Assembly: GCA_951406725.2 (NCBI GenBank)
Contig: OX597817.1
Coordinates: 2,356,001 to 2,420,000, forward strand
Direction: 5' to 3'
DNA length: 64,000 bases
Origin: Octopus vulgaris
Lineage: Eukaryota
Below the pieces are notes generated by a model. It searched no databases. It saw only the letters and a program-made list of their open reading frames with translations, and had not been told where the DNA came from. Positions 27,178 to 40,494 of the stretch are shown piece after piece. How positions within the stretch are numbered: position 1 is the stretch's first letter; the number at the start of each line of letters is the position of its first letter. The position numbers were made by a program, and so were the translations under genes.

Positions 27178-27961
27178 CATATGTATGTATGTATATATAT
27201 ATATACGTATAGACATATGCACACATACAAACACACACATGCACATATACACATATATCTATGCATGTATGTATGCATATGCATATACATATATTTCTGT
27301 ACGTATGTATATATATCATGGTTGCGTGTGTATGTATATAATGTCCACTCTTCTTATTGAAGTGAGTCCATTCATGTTAAATCAGTCGGTCACTGTGTGG
27401 TACTCAAGTACTTAAGTACGTTTAGTAACAGAAGCGCGCACACACATGCAGGAGCGTAGACACACACACATTTATACAGACTCAAATATTCAGTCAAAGA
27501 TGTATGTCGATGTATGTGCTTGTGTGTGTGTGTGTATGTGTGTGTGTATGTGTGTGTGTATATGTGTGCGTATGTATGTGTGTGTGTGTGTGTGTCTATG
27601 TGTGCTTGTGTGAGCATGGACGTATTAGAAAAATGATTGACTGAGTGTCCTACTTTTGTTAATAATAATGATGATAATATATGCATATCATACATTATAT
27701 ATATAATAATATAATACTTATATATATATAAATATATAATATGTATATATATATATATGTATATAATGATAATATATGCATAGCATATATATATATATAT
27801 AATAATATAATACTTATATATATATGTAATATGTAATACATACATACTTATATATATATATGTGTGTGTGTGTGTGTATGTATGTATATATATCTCTCTA
27901 TCCCCTCCCCCAAATTTCAGGCCTTCTGCCTGGTTTATTATTAGAAAGTGTTACTATTATA

Positions 27962-28525
27962 ATTCAGTGCCATCAAAGTGACGCTGGAGAACAAACATAC
28001 GAAGCCCAGTAATATACCCATCATGACTACCCGTCTGATAAGGGTACACTAGGCACATGCATCACAACTATGTGTGCGAGACATGGTGATCTCATATCAA
28101 ATAAACAACGCATGACTTTGTAGGTGGGACCCAGTTAGAATTTTCTTCAGGTCGAGTAGCCTGTCTCGCTTAAAAGGATGATGAACGAAACATCCTTGTT
28201 TCCTGGAGTAAATTATTCAAAACCGAAGAATTTCTCTCAACACATGGCTATGATGCTCCCCCACTATCCCTGCTTGTGAGCAGAGATGAGCAGAGATGCG
28301 CTTGTGAGCAGAGATGAGCAGAGATGCGCTTGTGAGCAGAGATGAGTCACCAAGTAATATGCTCAACTGGTTAAGGTCAAGCAACTGACAAGCAAATCTG
28401 TGGTATTGAGCAGAATTTTTGCTGTAGCACATATTTTATATCAAGTCAAAACAATGTACATGATAAGACTTCCAATCACTTAAGATCAGAAGCCATGGGA
28501 GCCACCGCCTGTTACTGCATCAGAT
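27962..28525 (-). mobile_element. Non-coding retroelement flanked by (ATT)n
   Basis: Its end (rc TGGGCTTCGTATG...GTCACTTTGATGGCA) matches the fragment inside (AAT)n at 43144-43201. Internal 28-bp-period tandem repeat at 28272-28347. Confidence 0.55.
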
Positions 28526-28574
28526 TATTATCATTATTGTTAATGATATTATTATTATTAATATTATTATTTTA

Positions 28575-28725
28575 TTGTTTTTGCACAGCGTCTAACGTAG
28601 GAGATGTACTACAGTGTTAGCTGTTCACTACCAGTGAACTAAAGTAACACCCCTTATTTTTCGAGCACCATCCGGAGTATTCGAGCGGTCCCAAGCAGTG
28701 CTGTTTTCTGCAAGTGCTCCACCCA
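28575..28725 (-). mobile_element. R4/Dong-like LINE 3' end
   Basis: Encodes VEHLQKTALLGTARILRMVLEK*, a typical RLE-LINE C-terminus, and ends in an (AAT)n tract. Confidence 0.75.
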
Positions 28726-29028
28726 TATCATTTTGTTACTTCTTTACTCATTACCTCCTACAACTCATCTAGAATCTTCTGATCATCCTCCGAGGTCAAC
28801 CAGTGAAATACTGGGGTCGATGTAATCGACCACTCTCGTCTGCCCAAAATATCAGGCCGTGTGCCTATAGTAGAAAGCATTATTATCATTATTATTGTTG
28901 TTATTGTCGTCGTTATTATTAATTTACTATTACTATTATTTACCTAGTTCTGAAAAAAAATTGCTAGTTTACTTTTGGTCATCTGCGATATTATCCGCCA
29001 TGACCGGTAATACTTCTACTGCTGTTGG

Positions 29029-29084
<56 letters not shown>

Positions 29085-29335
29085 ATGCTTATTCGTTTAA
29101 ACCATATTTGAATTTAAAACAGCTTACTCGACAATTGTTAGAAAATTCTCTTAGATAACGTAACAATGTTATAAATGTTAGCAAAAAGTAACTTGTAAAT
29201 ATCTCTTAAATAAAGCACACCTGTTTGTATATGATATCTCTGGAAAAATTTGATAACAGATTCATATTTTCTTCTCTCTTTATTTATTGATTTATGTATA
29301 AATTCCCTCTGTGTATCTCCTACAGTGTATATGTA

Positions 29336-29418
<83 letters not shown>

Positions 29419-30599
29419 TGTGTGTGTGTGTGTGTATAGCCGCTCGAAAAGTTTAATTAATATTCTCGAGTATAGGATTTGGATGATTCTGAAAGTTAAA
29501 ATTGATAACCTAATAATCAAATAATTACATAACTATTCCAAGCATCTGCTTAGCGTTGCCACTGCCATTTGATACAATATGTTCTTTCACGTAAAGAGAG
29601 TAATTTATATGATAAATCCACGATAGATACGAATGAGTGACGAAGAACTTGGCTGGTAAATAATGCTTCCGATTTCGCTACTCAACGGAACTATCTATAT
29701 ATTTTCAATTGCTATTCATCTAAATAGGAACTGCTAAATATCCAATTCGAACGCCAGGCTGGCTTTGCAATAAAACGTTATATGTTGAATTCATCCTACT
29801 TAACAGAAAGTCATCGAATTCTGCGCACTTGATCCTACCACAGCTAGTATTGCAACTGTTTATGCTTGTGCTTCATCATAATCAGATTATTCACAGTAAA
29901 CTGTCCGAACAGCTCACTACAGTAACAAAGGGAATCTTTCCATCTCTTTTATTCTCAACGAATGTTAACTTTGTGTCCTGCATTTTTAGCAAGAAACAAT
30001 AAATTTAACAAAACCGTATTTAAAACCACAATGATTAACAAATTTTTATTTATTTAAAAACGCACCTATAGTTAGGAGAAAAATTCATTAGTTAAATAAT
30101 AAATTCGAGTCAAATGTCTCAGGGGAGGCTATCCCGCATTTTAATTAACTGCAATTATAAATTGAATACAGTTAGGAGTTAGTGATATCTGTAGCAAATT
30201 TGCAATGGAGGTTGTTATTGAAATAAACATTTCTTCGATGTTTATTACTATGGTCGTATCGTAAATAACATTATTTTAATTAATAGTAATAAAAAACAGA
30301 ATACAGTTAATAATTAATGATACTTGTAGTGAATTTGCAATGGATGTTGCAGTTGGAATATAAATTCCTTCGATATTTATTTGCCGTCGTCGTATTGGCT
30401 TTATTAGGAAAACTATGTTTACTTGCTTCTTTTATTTTTTACGATTTACTTGTATGAAGACATAATTTTTTAATATATATTTTATATAATATATTATTAA
30501 TATCAGGAAATCAATATTGGAAAATTCTTCAGAAAGATATATACGTGTGTAAAATAATTGTTGTATTAAAAATATAAATATATGTAAATATGTATAAGT

Positions 30600-31095
30600 A
30601 TAAATATATAATAAGAAATATGACAGTTTAAAAGTTTCGAATTAAGTTTATAAAGTATCTTACGATCGTTTCGTAGAAGTGCTGTCCCTATAATGGAATC
30701 CTATATTGATAAGCATTAATAGACAACTCTTCTGCTCTTCAGAGATATAAAATGTGAAATTTGTATGATTTATCGAATGGTATTTAAAAAAAAAATGAAT
30801 TAATATGGGAAAATGGTGTTTGTTTGAAATATAAATTAAAATTTAAAACTTACTGCTTTTGATTTTGATAAGTACACTTTAGTATGAGAGTCTTTAAATC
30901 CATATATGCTTCCTTGGAAAGTCTCCTGTAATAATCCATAATAGTTATGTGTAAAATCCATTATATTTTCCTGTATTCAGAATATAGTTCATAGACTTAG
31001 ATAATATAGAATAATGGAATCCTATATTGATAAGCATTTATAGATAACTCTTCTGCTCCTCAGAAATATAAGATGTGATATTTGTATAATTTTTT
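30600..31095 (-). mobile_element. Penelope-like element 3' end with partial tandem pLTR
   Basis: ~80-bp direct repeat at 30690-30770 and 31011-31092, each containing the hammerhead 5' half. The spacer encodes a PLE-like C-terminal remnant (RRLSKEAY). Confidence 0.6.
30656..30747 (-). ncRNA. Type I hammerhead ribozyme in a Penelope-like pLTR
   Basis: Reverse complement: TATCT-CTGAAGA-GCAGAAGAGTTGTC-(35 nt)-GACAGCACTTCTAC-GAAA-CGATCG-TA-AGATA. Core CUGANGA/GAAA/UH is fully canonical, stems I and II pair, and stem III is the palindrome ACGATCGT. Confidence 0.85.
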
Positions 31096-31169
31096 AATAT
31101 TCAATATTCAATCGATCACTTAGGGTTTCTGTTGCCTCGAGACATATTAACAATATTCTGGAGTACAGT

Positions 31170-32250
31170 TTAACATCGTCTGTTCTTTATTTCTACCATT
31201 GCCATTTTCATAAGAAAAGTTTGAATGCAAGTATATCCTTCGTCTGAAGTCCAACAAACAGGCCAGTAGCAGATTTGCATCAAACAACTTCCGAAACCTC
31301 GTTCATATGTTAGCATAGACTTTCTTATTCTGGTCGAAGGCTGTAATGAATTGTTTTGTAAGGCAAATCTGTGGAACAGATGTAGAAGAAACTTGTCCCT
31401 GTATACATGATCATCATGACTTACACTTTGTGTACTCAGCTGCAGAGACGATGCTTTTTGACATTCTTCTTTCACATAATAGTTTTCTCTATCTCTGCTA
31501 CTCCAAAGCACAACAAGAAAAGGTACTTAGTATATGTTCCAGAATCAGAGAAATACCAACATCTTGAAATTACTATATTCAACCCGTTTGTAGTCATCAT
31601 AATCGATCTTTTCAAGCAAGTATACGACCAATATGGATAGATGGACACTGGTTGCCGTTGTGAAGTAGTATTGCTTTCAGATTTCTCACAGAGGTACCAA
31701 TTAGAAGACGCCCGTGGCTAAAATCAATCGCTTAAACAGAATTTTAATACAAAATCATAGCAACTCAGTCAATGAATTCAAGAGAGCAAAAGGCTGCCTG
31801 CTATATTCCTTAATTCAAAATTATAGTTTCTGCATCCAGTAGGTTTCATTGCTGGTTTGTTTCGTGGGGTTCTTCACATTGGCATCCTCTTCTCCTACGT
31901 CTTATCAATCTTTGACATTATCCGACGTTCCAATATCAAACTCATTTGTTGATTCAGAATATGGACTTGTCGAGGTCTCCAATGGGAGTACCGAAGTACT
32001 TGTATATGCGTCATAATATTTGGTATCCTGCAAAAGAAAACGACTTGTTTTGGGCCAGAGTAATGTCCACAGACATAACAAAACCAATCAGCTGATATCT
32101 TGCAATGTCTAGAAGCCATCGTTATCTCACCTGTAAAATAAAATACAACAGTTAATGAGATGTAGTCAACACGGAATAAGTGTGATATAAACAAAATATT
32201 ACAAAACTTCAAGATTGTTCTTTTTAAATTTTTTGTACAATTGTACAACT
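31170..32250 (-). mobile_element. Decayed DNA transposase, probably Chapaev(3)-like
   Basis: MASRHCKISADWFCYVCG preceded by a splice acceptor (TTTTATTTTACAG). Also YTKY..L.LWSSRDRENYYVKEE and GLFVGLQ/GYT fragments. Family assignment is from recalled motifs only. Confidence 0.5.
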
Positions 32251-32912
32251 ACCACAATTTTCAAAATATATCCTACTTGAATACTAGTAAAATAATGCTT
32301 TTCTATACTATTTGCAATAGAATAACCTTAAGCAACAAAAATTACATAACCATATATTTCATATAGAAGTGAGCATATGTTCGTGGACTTGTCCAGGAAG
32401 TCTTTTGTATAACGTTTTATTTATAGCATCTCATTATATGTATGAATAATTCAATGAACCAGTATTTGTAAAGTCTACTATATTTGATGCTGAAAAGTTT
32501 TACATAGAAATAGAAGACGGATACGAATATAAATTTAACGTAGACAATGATAGTAGAAAATTATTCTTTTAATAACTCATAAAATATTGAAAAGAATTTT
32601 ACCGTTGTGGTCAGCATTCTTAGAGAAGAAAGATGCAGCAATTAACAAAGTTCCTCCTGCATTATGTTATTTTAAAGATAAATTGCTTGTGGTTGAGACA
32701 CTTATTCACATCAAGGAAGCTTTTCAATGACTCTATATATATATACATAAATAGAATATACGCGTGTGTGTATGTGTGTATATACACACGCATATATATA
32801 TATATCCTCATAAATACAGATTCCGATCTTTGACTCCGTACCTCAAGGGAGGTGGTCGCCTCCCACACCCAAGATACTTTATGTAGAGAGGAGCTGAGAC
32901 GACCTGTTATTT

Positions 32913-32914
<2 letters not shown>

Positions 32915-32944
<30 letters not shown>

Positions 32945-33225
32945 TGTATGTATGTATGTATGTATGTATGTATGTATGTATGTATGTATGTATGCATGTA
33001 TGTATGTATGTATGTATGTATGTATGTATGTATGTATGTATGTATGTATCTATCTATCTATCTATTTATCTGTTTGTCTCTCTGTATGTATGTATGTATG
33101 TATGTATGTATGTATGTATGTATGTATGTATGTATGTATGTATGTATGTATGTATGTATGTATCTATCATCTATCTATCTATTTATCTGTTTGTCTCTCT
33201 GTATGTATGTGTGTATGTATGTATG
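32915..33225. repeat. Compound (TATG)n/(TATC)n microsatellite, representative of many tracts
   Basis: Similar tracts: (TA)n at 10387 and 27117, (TATC)n at 16668, 56767 and 60688, (TATG)n at 25890, (AAT)n at 43080-43795, (GCT)n at 29030, (CA)n at 52952. Confidence 0.95.
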
Positions 33226-33544
33226 TGGTGACAAGTCGACCAAGAGTGCTATTGGTAACATTTAGCTTAGAACAATGTTTCATCACTGAACTTTCGGTGA
33301 CTAAACCGGCTCCCTTAAAAGCTTGCCTTATGAGGTGGATTGCTAGAAACTTACCATGACAAGAACTGTAGAAAGGACAAATCGGATGAACCTATTAAAG
33401 GCTCAATTTTTGTCTAGCAATACCGCAAGGATAGTATCTGGCGTGCTGTATAACCAGTACAAGTGGAGTATCCCTTAGTTTTTGTTAAAAAATATATCTA
33501 GGAAAAAACACTTGTGTGGCCACAGGTACGTTCGTGGCAAAAAA

Positions 33545-33599
<55 letters not shown>

Positions 33600-33609
33600 C
33601 AGAGTAAGC

Positions 33610-33745
33610 ACCTATATGCGAAAAAAAGGGGAAAAATAGTATTCGAATACCGAAGGTAGAGTAATATGCGTTATAAAAAGCAGCAAAAATATCACAAAAC
33701 CTGTTACTCAGAGTTTCACGTTCCCTTTCGTTGGACAGTTAAAAA
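33610..33745 (-). mobile_element. PLE pLTR fragment with minimal variant hammerhead (33701-33738)
   Basis: Reverse complement CTGT-CCAACGA-AAGGGAACGT-GAAA-CTCTGAG-TA-ACAG, set between (TA)n tracts. Confidence 0.55.
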
Positions 33746-33880
33746 ATAGAATATATATATATATATATCTCACAGTGGGCAACAGTACTCAAGGTGGGTT
33801 CGGGAAAACGTAGGGTAGAAAAGGATGATGGTGTAGGCATCTATAGACCGGAAAGTTCTCAGAATCCAGGAGCACTTGTA

Positions 33881-34490
33881 TCAGATCATCTCATAAGTTC
33901 CTTTCGAATTTTGAATAAAGAAATAAAGTGATCAAATGTTATATTTAATTAAAATTTAATCATCAATGTATTTTCTCTGATTATCTATGACTTCCTACCT
34001 CTATTTAAAAGCTTTTTTATCCCATCAATGTAAACTCTTTTGGTTTCAAAGCGAAGAACTCTGAAATGTCAGTTTCGACCTCCTCTAGGATTGCGAAAGT
34101 TATGTTCCCGAAATGATTCTGTAAACTACGAAACAAATAGAAGTCTGAAGGAGCAAGATCGAGAGAATAAGGTGGATGAGGAATTTTTCTTTCATTTAAG
34201 CATTCTTTCCCATAAACTGAGTGTATATTTCGAGTCGCTTCGGCAACAGAGTTTCCCTTTTTGTACTCATAAAGCATTATGCGTCTCGAATACTCTTTGG
34301 ATACTTCCACGTTAGAAAGGGTTGTAATCAAAGAAATTTTAATTCTATTATTTTATAAAATAATATTTAATTAGTTTAAATGTACACAAATGCATAAAAA
34401 TAATTTTTAATTCCATTAGACATTCTAAAATACTATTAAATTTCATTCAATTTTTAAAAAGGTAAAATCGGCCAGAACTTATGGGATGAC

Positions 34491-34494
<4 letters not shown>
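33881..34494 (-). mobile_element. Internally deleted mariner transposon
   Basis: TA-flanked TIRs TCAGATCATCTCATAAGTTC and GAACTTATGGGATGACCTGA. ORF 34017..34331 fuses the N-terminal HTH directly to HPPYSLDLAPSDF. Confidence 0.9.
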
Positions 34495-34529
<35 letters not shown>

Positions 34530-35100
34530 GTGCTCCTGGATTCTGAGAACTTTCCGGTCTAGAGATGCCTACACCATCATCCTTCTCTACTCTACTTTTG
34601 CCCGTCCCCTCATTGAGTACTGTTGCCCACTGTGGCATTGTGAAAGTAGAAACATTCCAGAGGTCCATAACAAGAAAGATTGACGATATGAGAGGCATTG
34701 ATTATTGGGGTCAACTAAAAAAACTCAATCTCTTCTCTCTCCAACGCCGCCGGGAGAGCTACATCATTTGTGTTATATGGAAATATTCCATCAATATTGC
34801 ACAAATGATGTCGGCATCTATTTTAAAATCCATCCAAAACTTGGACCCCTGCTATCTACACTACAAACATCGAACTCGGTACACATAGCAACATTATATC
34901 ACAATTACTTTACCTCAACCGGTCCAGCTCTCTTTAATACCATACCAAAATACTTCAAAACGTAAACCGATCCTATAAAATTCAAATGTTCACTGTACAA
35001 ATTTCTACAAAAAATCCCAGGTTAAACTCCTACACTCGGATATGTCTCCAACAATAATAACTCTTTGCTAGAGTGGGCTATGGTGCCCCATATATGAAGA
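34530..35100 (+). mobile_element. CR1/L2-like LINE 3' end
   Basis: CSWILRTFRSRDAYTIILLYSTFARPLIEYCCPLW...FQRSITRKI...LKKLNLFSLQRRRE is the CR1-group post-RT region. Inverted partial copy at 33770-33876. Confidence 0.8.
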
Positions 35101-37607
35101 TGCGTTATTTCATATTTTGTAGGGCTGCATTGTACTTGTTTGTTGTCTTCGCTATATTTTGTTCAGTAGAAAATTATAGTTGAGCAAATAAAGTATTGGA
35201 AATGAATTTATCAGCTGACTTTTTTAAAAAAAGAGGACCAAAATAATATCACGATATGAATTTATAAAAAATATATTTAATGCTTTAGATTCAATTATTG
35301 GCAGGAAGAGCACTTAAAAGTACAAGCTTTAAGTAATTTTCCTGTTTGCAAAGGTAGCTTCAAATACTAGTACGACTGTGGTTTCTGCTAAATTCTTTGA
35401 CATGTATCAAAAGATAACTATCAACATCCTATTCGACAAGTGATTGTTTCAAATGCACTCGAAATTTTCAAGTACATCGTTTCGCGTCAAGGAGGTGAAA
35501 AATATAAGAGGGGAAAAAGAGATGGCGCAAAATCAGTATTTTCAGATTTCTGTTGTTGATAAATAATTTACTATGATGTCAAAAATGTAGGTTTAGTTAC
35601 GTAAGAACCTAACAAAATATTTATGTAAAACCTGCTCTTTTGAGAAAATATAAAGTAATTTCTTTCAAATATAAACTGAAAGAAAGATTCGATTAAGTTA
35701 ATCCCCGATGAAATACTAGAAATCTACTAACTGCAAATTACTCGAGATCAAAAATTAGCTGTCAGCGAAATTTCATATAATCTATATAAATATAGTGTTT
35801 AATTTTCTTTTAGATAAATGTGTAAATCAGAAAATATATCATAAATAAACTTACAGCAACAGACTTGTTTGTGCAGCTTCATATACAAAAATATGTGAGA
35901 GGGAAATAGACTGCTATGTTGAAGAATAGGATACATTTAGATAATGTATTACTAAGTATATATATATAGCAATATCTACACCTGCATGTATATATATATG
36001 AAACCATGGAACAAACACACGCACGTGTACGCGCACACTCACATATACACACAAATTACGTACAAATAAAATTTGTTTGAAGATTTCTATCTCTGAAATT
36101 CCTTAAATCTCTTGTTTATGGTGAATGTGTATATCAGTATAGCTTTGGTAAAGCACATTACTTTCTCAAACGCAATGCTTTAATGTCTAAATTGTGTAAG
36201 CAAATATTTTTAATGAAAATATCTCTTCCCAATATTTATAACTGGCAAACGCATCCGTCCTTTGGACGGTTTAAGTTGCTTTGATGGTGTTTTTTTTTCC
36301 ACCAATAATTGAAGTACCGAGAAGGTTCATGAGTAGCACGGCAGTCTATGTTTCCTATTAACCTAGCAACAGAAAACCAAATTGAAGGCTGGTTATTGTG
36401 GAGGTCGCTGCCTTTCAGTGATCATAGAACATATAAGTTTGCAAGCGATGCAAAATGGAGCTGCTGAAGTGTTTTGTGAGTAGATTACGGATGACTACAA
36501 AATATAGTTGTTTTACAAGAAAGCGAAATTTCTTGTCAGAAGCAGCCACATAAATGTAAGGAATTTGAAAGAAAACGTTGAACTTCCCCCTGCGAGTTTA
36601 TTTTAATCAACAGAAAAAGGGAGCTATTTTTTCGGAGAATATATGATTGGTACGTTCAAAAATAGCAATATGATACCTTCTTGAAACACTAGAGTTAAAG
36701 GAATGTATTTGCCACGTGATTAGAGTGTACGAACTCTGAAATTGACTTCAGGTAAAGACAAATGAAGACATGAAGAATTTGACTTCAGTTTACGTATACT
36801 GCTTTGAATCTTTAGCAGTTCGCAGTGAAAAGATGTCGCGTTCGAAATATCATACTGGATGGCTAAATAAGCATCCTTATAGTGAAGCAACTCTTAAGTA
36901 GGTAAAGAAAGGCATCGACAAATAGAAGAGAGAGGAAGGGACATCACTTTTCAAGTAACTCAGAATAGTAAGCTTGCCAAAGTTTAATATGGTTTAAATA
37001 TGGAAATTAAGATTGTTTGGTATTGGATATTCATCGCGTACAGTGTTCTTAGTCAATTTAATCGAAGTCGCAGATTAACAGTGGAAATAAATAGACATAA
37101 TCTTTTAATTTTTATAATATTCTCTAACCAAGTAATAATACACAATTACAACATATAAATAAATAATAAATAAATAAAATGTGAAAACCACTAAAAAATA
37201 TTCTCTGATGCCAATATACGATCATATAGATTAAAAAATATGGAAGACCCTACATAAAAATAACTATGTAAATACAATGAATTTGAGAAAAATCCGTGTA
37301 AACTACCGTTTCCTCGCTTTGGCTATTTACGCGGCAGCTCTGAGCGTAATGTTATAGTGCATGTCCATCCTTGGAACGTAAATAATGTGTGTGTAATATG
37401 AGAGACAAAGAAATAATTATAAATCCCACATGATTAAAACAAATTTCGACGTTTGTGTATTTTTTAAACTGATTTTTAATTACTGAATATTTTGAAAAGC
37501 ATTTTTCCTGTCTGATAAAACAAAAGATCTTGTCTCAGAACGATAGATTACTAGAATTGTTGAAGGGCTGGAGAGAACAAGTAGAAAGATAAATCTTATT
37601 CAAGGCA

Positions 37608-37680
37608 GCCAGCCATGAGAATCGAACTTACATCCCTCCAATATCCGGTTGGAATACTTTACCATTTAAGCTAAACCGCC
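37608..37680 (-). other. tRNA-like sequence (degenerate; SINE or PLE-associated head)
   Basis: Cloverleaf on the reverse complement: TAGCTTAAATGGTAAAG D-arm, TCCAA/TTGGA anticodon stem, GTTCGATT T-loop. The acceptor stem is mispaired. Confidence 0.55.
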
Positions 37681-40142
37681 TGACCGCCAAACAATTCTGC
37701 AATTTAAGAAGTTATAGAATTACCCAGGAACGCTAGATTTCGTATAGGTTATGTCGTATGCAAACAAACAAGTTTGTTTTCGAAGCGTTGAAATGTATTG
37801 TAGAACAAGTAGAACAGAACGTTCTGGACAGAACGTTTAGCGATATTTAAAGAGCCTTTTGCGCTCTGATTTCTTTGCGGTTAGATGTACATAATCCATT
37901 GCTTGGTTTAACACCACCATCTGTCCCTTGGCTGCCTTGGAACAGTTCACTCAGTTGCAAACCTTCGGGTGAGGTCTCCAGTTTGGTGATTATTTCCTGG
38001 CGTAATCCACTAGGCTCGCAGGCCATGTTAAACTATAGAGGTCGATTGTGCTATGTTAGACAGAAGATCAAGTATGTTTCATGTTCTGTTAACTAGTTCA
38101 GAGGCGCAGATAATAGTGTTGATAGATATAAAAGAGAAGTGCGTCTGTGGCTGTAGTGTCGACTGTTGATTTGTGAAGGAGCCTTAGCGCCTTCTTTTGA
38201 ATACAGCATGAGATAATGGCAGTTATATTCTTACAAAACTCTTTAATTTTTCACTTCACGGGGATACAACCCAGTCTATGCTCTCATGTAACTTGTGTCC
38301 CGTTACCAGGTGACATTATCCCCCTTCTCATATCAACTACCAACGTATTGCTTTTAATTCCAGCATAAAGAGACGATTGCAAAGAACCACTTGTTTATCA
38401 CTGTATGTCTTTCTCATTTCTCTGTGTCATTTCTCATTTCTTGCTCTTCTACGTTACGCAGATGAAGCGTCTCATCACAAAAAACTTCGATGAAATCGCT
38501 GTTTTTGTCGTCGTTTAAGTTCATGCTTGATAACTTCCACGGTAGATTAATCATCGAAAGGCTCTGTATATCTTTGTTTCTTCTTAGTACGGAGCTTTCC
38601 CTTTGGATCGTTGTAATGTTCTACATGTTCTTTATAATGCACATTAATATATTTCTTGCTATATTTTAACGCATGCACATTTCTATACAGTGGATGCAAC
38701 CCTTTAAACTTATTTTGCTTCTGTCCATGTATTTAAAAAACAAACACTTCAAATCCAAAATAGCTTATAAAAAATCTTTAGTGATCCAACCATTCCATTT
38801 GGAGGTGTAAATTATGAGATAATAAGCAAATGTTATATCATCTTCCGTAAAAGCTCACTGATATATTCCTGTGCACGTTTCGATAATATCTTCATAGATA
38901 GAAAACGGTAGTTATATAATATCTATTTCAAACTCTCCTCAAAATCTCTTTCATGAAAGAAACACTTTGATGAAGAATAAAAGAAACAGTTGCCAGATAA
39001 GACATCCACACAGAGTCTACTCACCCTTCCTACTGATCACCATAGAAACAAAACAGAATACAGTAAATGCAAACTATAAATGTACAGAGTATTTTATAAA
39101 ACGTATGTACGCCATGACTATGGAATAGAATAACATTGATGCACTATGTAACAAAATACAAAAAAATGCATTGATACACATTTTCTCGCGAGTAACAAAT
39201 TGCTTGCCTCCGATACCTTGATTAAACTCTTTTGTAAATGTTTGCTAATTCAGATATAAATATGAATGTTGTAAACTTCATGACTTTCATTCTCAGAATA
39301 GATATATAAGCGCCATACTTTTGAAACGATTGACTCGGCATCGCTAATACATCGCTATTAAATCCGTGATAACTACATAGCAAAAGACATAACTAAAGGC
39401 AAAAAGAGACATTAACATTACTTGATAACATATCTTTGTGATACAGAATTCTCGTCAAACTAGAGAAAGTTATAGCAAAATATAACACAATTCTCAATAC
39501 ACACGCACGCACATAGCCACACAAGGAACTGTAGCAAATTAAAATCAACCTCCACGTTTAACTATTAAAAAAATATACTATAATCGATAAGAAGAGATAA
39601 AAAAACAATAATTAATTTTTATTATTATTGCCTATAATAAAATATCGAAAACTGATAATTGTTGCTGAAATAATTTTTTCGTAAACATAACGATAAGATA
39701 TCTCTAAATCATCCCTAGACCCCTGAAGTTAAACGTTTCGTAGGTAAAGTTTAATAACATGCAAATATCTTCCCCAAACAAGTGAAAACTGAAGCTCCAT
39801 CTCAGTTTTAGAAAAGAAATTGAAGTTAGTTTTAAGAATTTTAATATAGTGACAAGCAGACAATTAATTAGAAGTAATTATGAGGCGAAAAAAAAATCTA
39901 TATTATTTCAATATTTTATTTTAATTTTATTGACAACTTTATTCTTGTAAATAACTTCCAGTTTGCTTCAGACTTAAAGAGTCTAATCTATGAAGTATAA
40001 ACTCTACTGTGCATGGTGAAATAGTGATGAGAAAATCATTAAGATGCATTGTTGGCAGGAAAATTTAGACTATTCAGAAACATCACCAATGAGCTAACAA
40101 TAGTTTAGTCAGTGTTAACGTATTTAATATATCAAGTATCGT

Positions 40143-40405
40143 GGAGGCAAAATGGTCCAGTGTTTAGGGCAGCGGAGTCGCGGTTTCGATTCCCAGACCA
40201 AGTGTTTTGAGTGTTAATTGACCGAAATCACTGAAAGCTCCACGAAGTTCCAGCAGGGGGTGGTGGCAAACCCTGCTGTATTCTTTCACCACAACTTTCT
40301 TTCTCTCACTCTTTCTTTCTGTTTCCGTATTTCAAAAGGCCATCCTTGTTACACTCTGTGTCACGCTGAATCTTCCCGAGAACTGCATTAAGGGTACACG
40401 TGTCA
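40143..40405 (+). mobile_element. SINE family C, 3'-truncated
   Basis: GGAGGCAAAATGGTCCAGTG...GGTTTCGATTCCCAGACC head. Body matches 42194-42565. Confidence 0.75.
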
Positions 40406-40436
40406 CTCTCTCTCTTTCACTGACTCTCTCTCTCTC

Positions 40437-40494
<58 letters not shown>

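Noticed and set aside
28272-28347. Regularly repeated GCTTGTGAGCAGAGATGA units, superficially CRISPR-like
   Set aside because: No unique spacers. It is a local tandem duplication in eukaryotic repeat DNA, as is the 12-bp repeat at about 61333-61373.
32120-32150. Splice acceptor plus ATG suggesting a host exon
   Set aside because: The peptide matches a transposase N-terminus and is broken by frameshifts.
36350-37000. Possible LTR-retrotransposon (BEL-like) remnant
   Set aside because: No recognisable LTR, PBS or intact motif; too degenerate to call.
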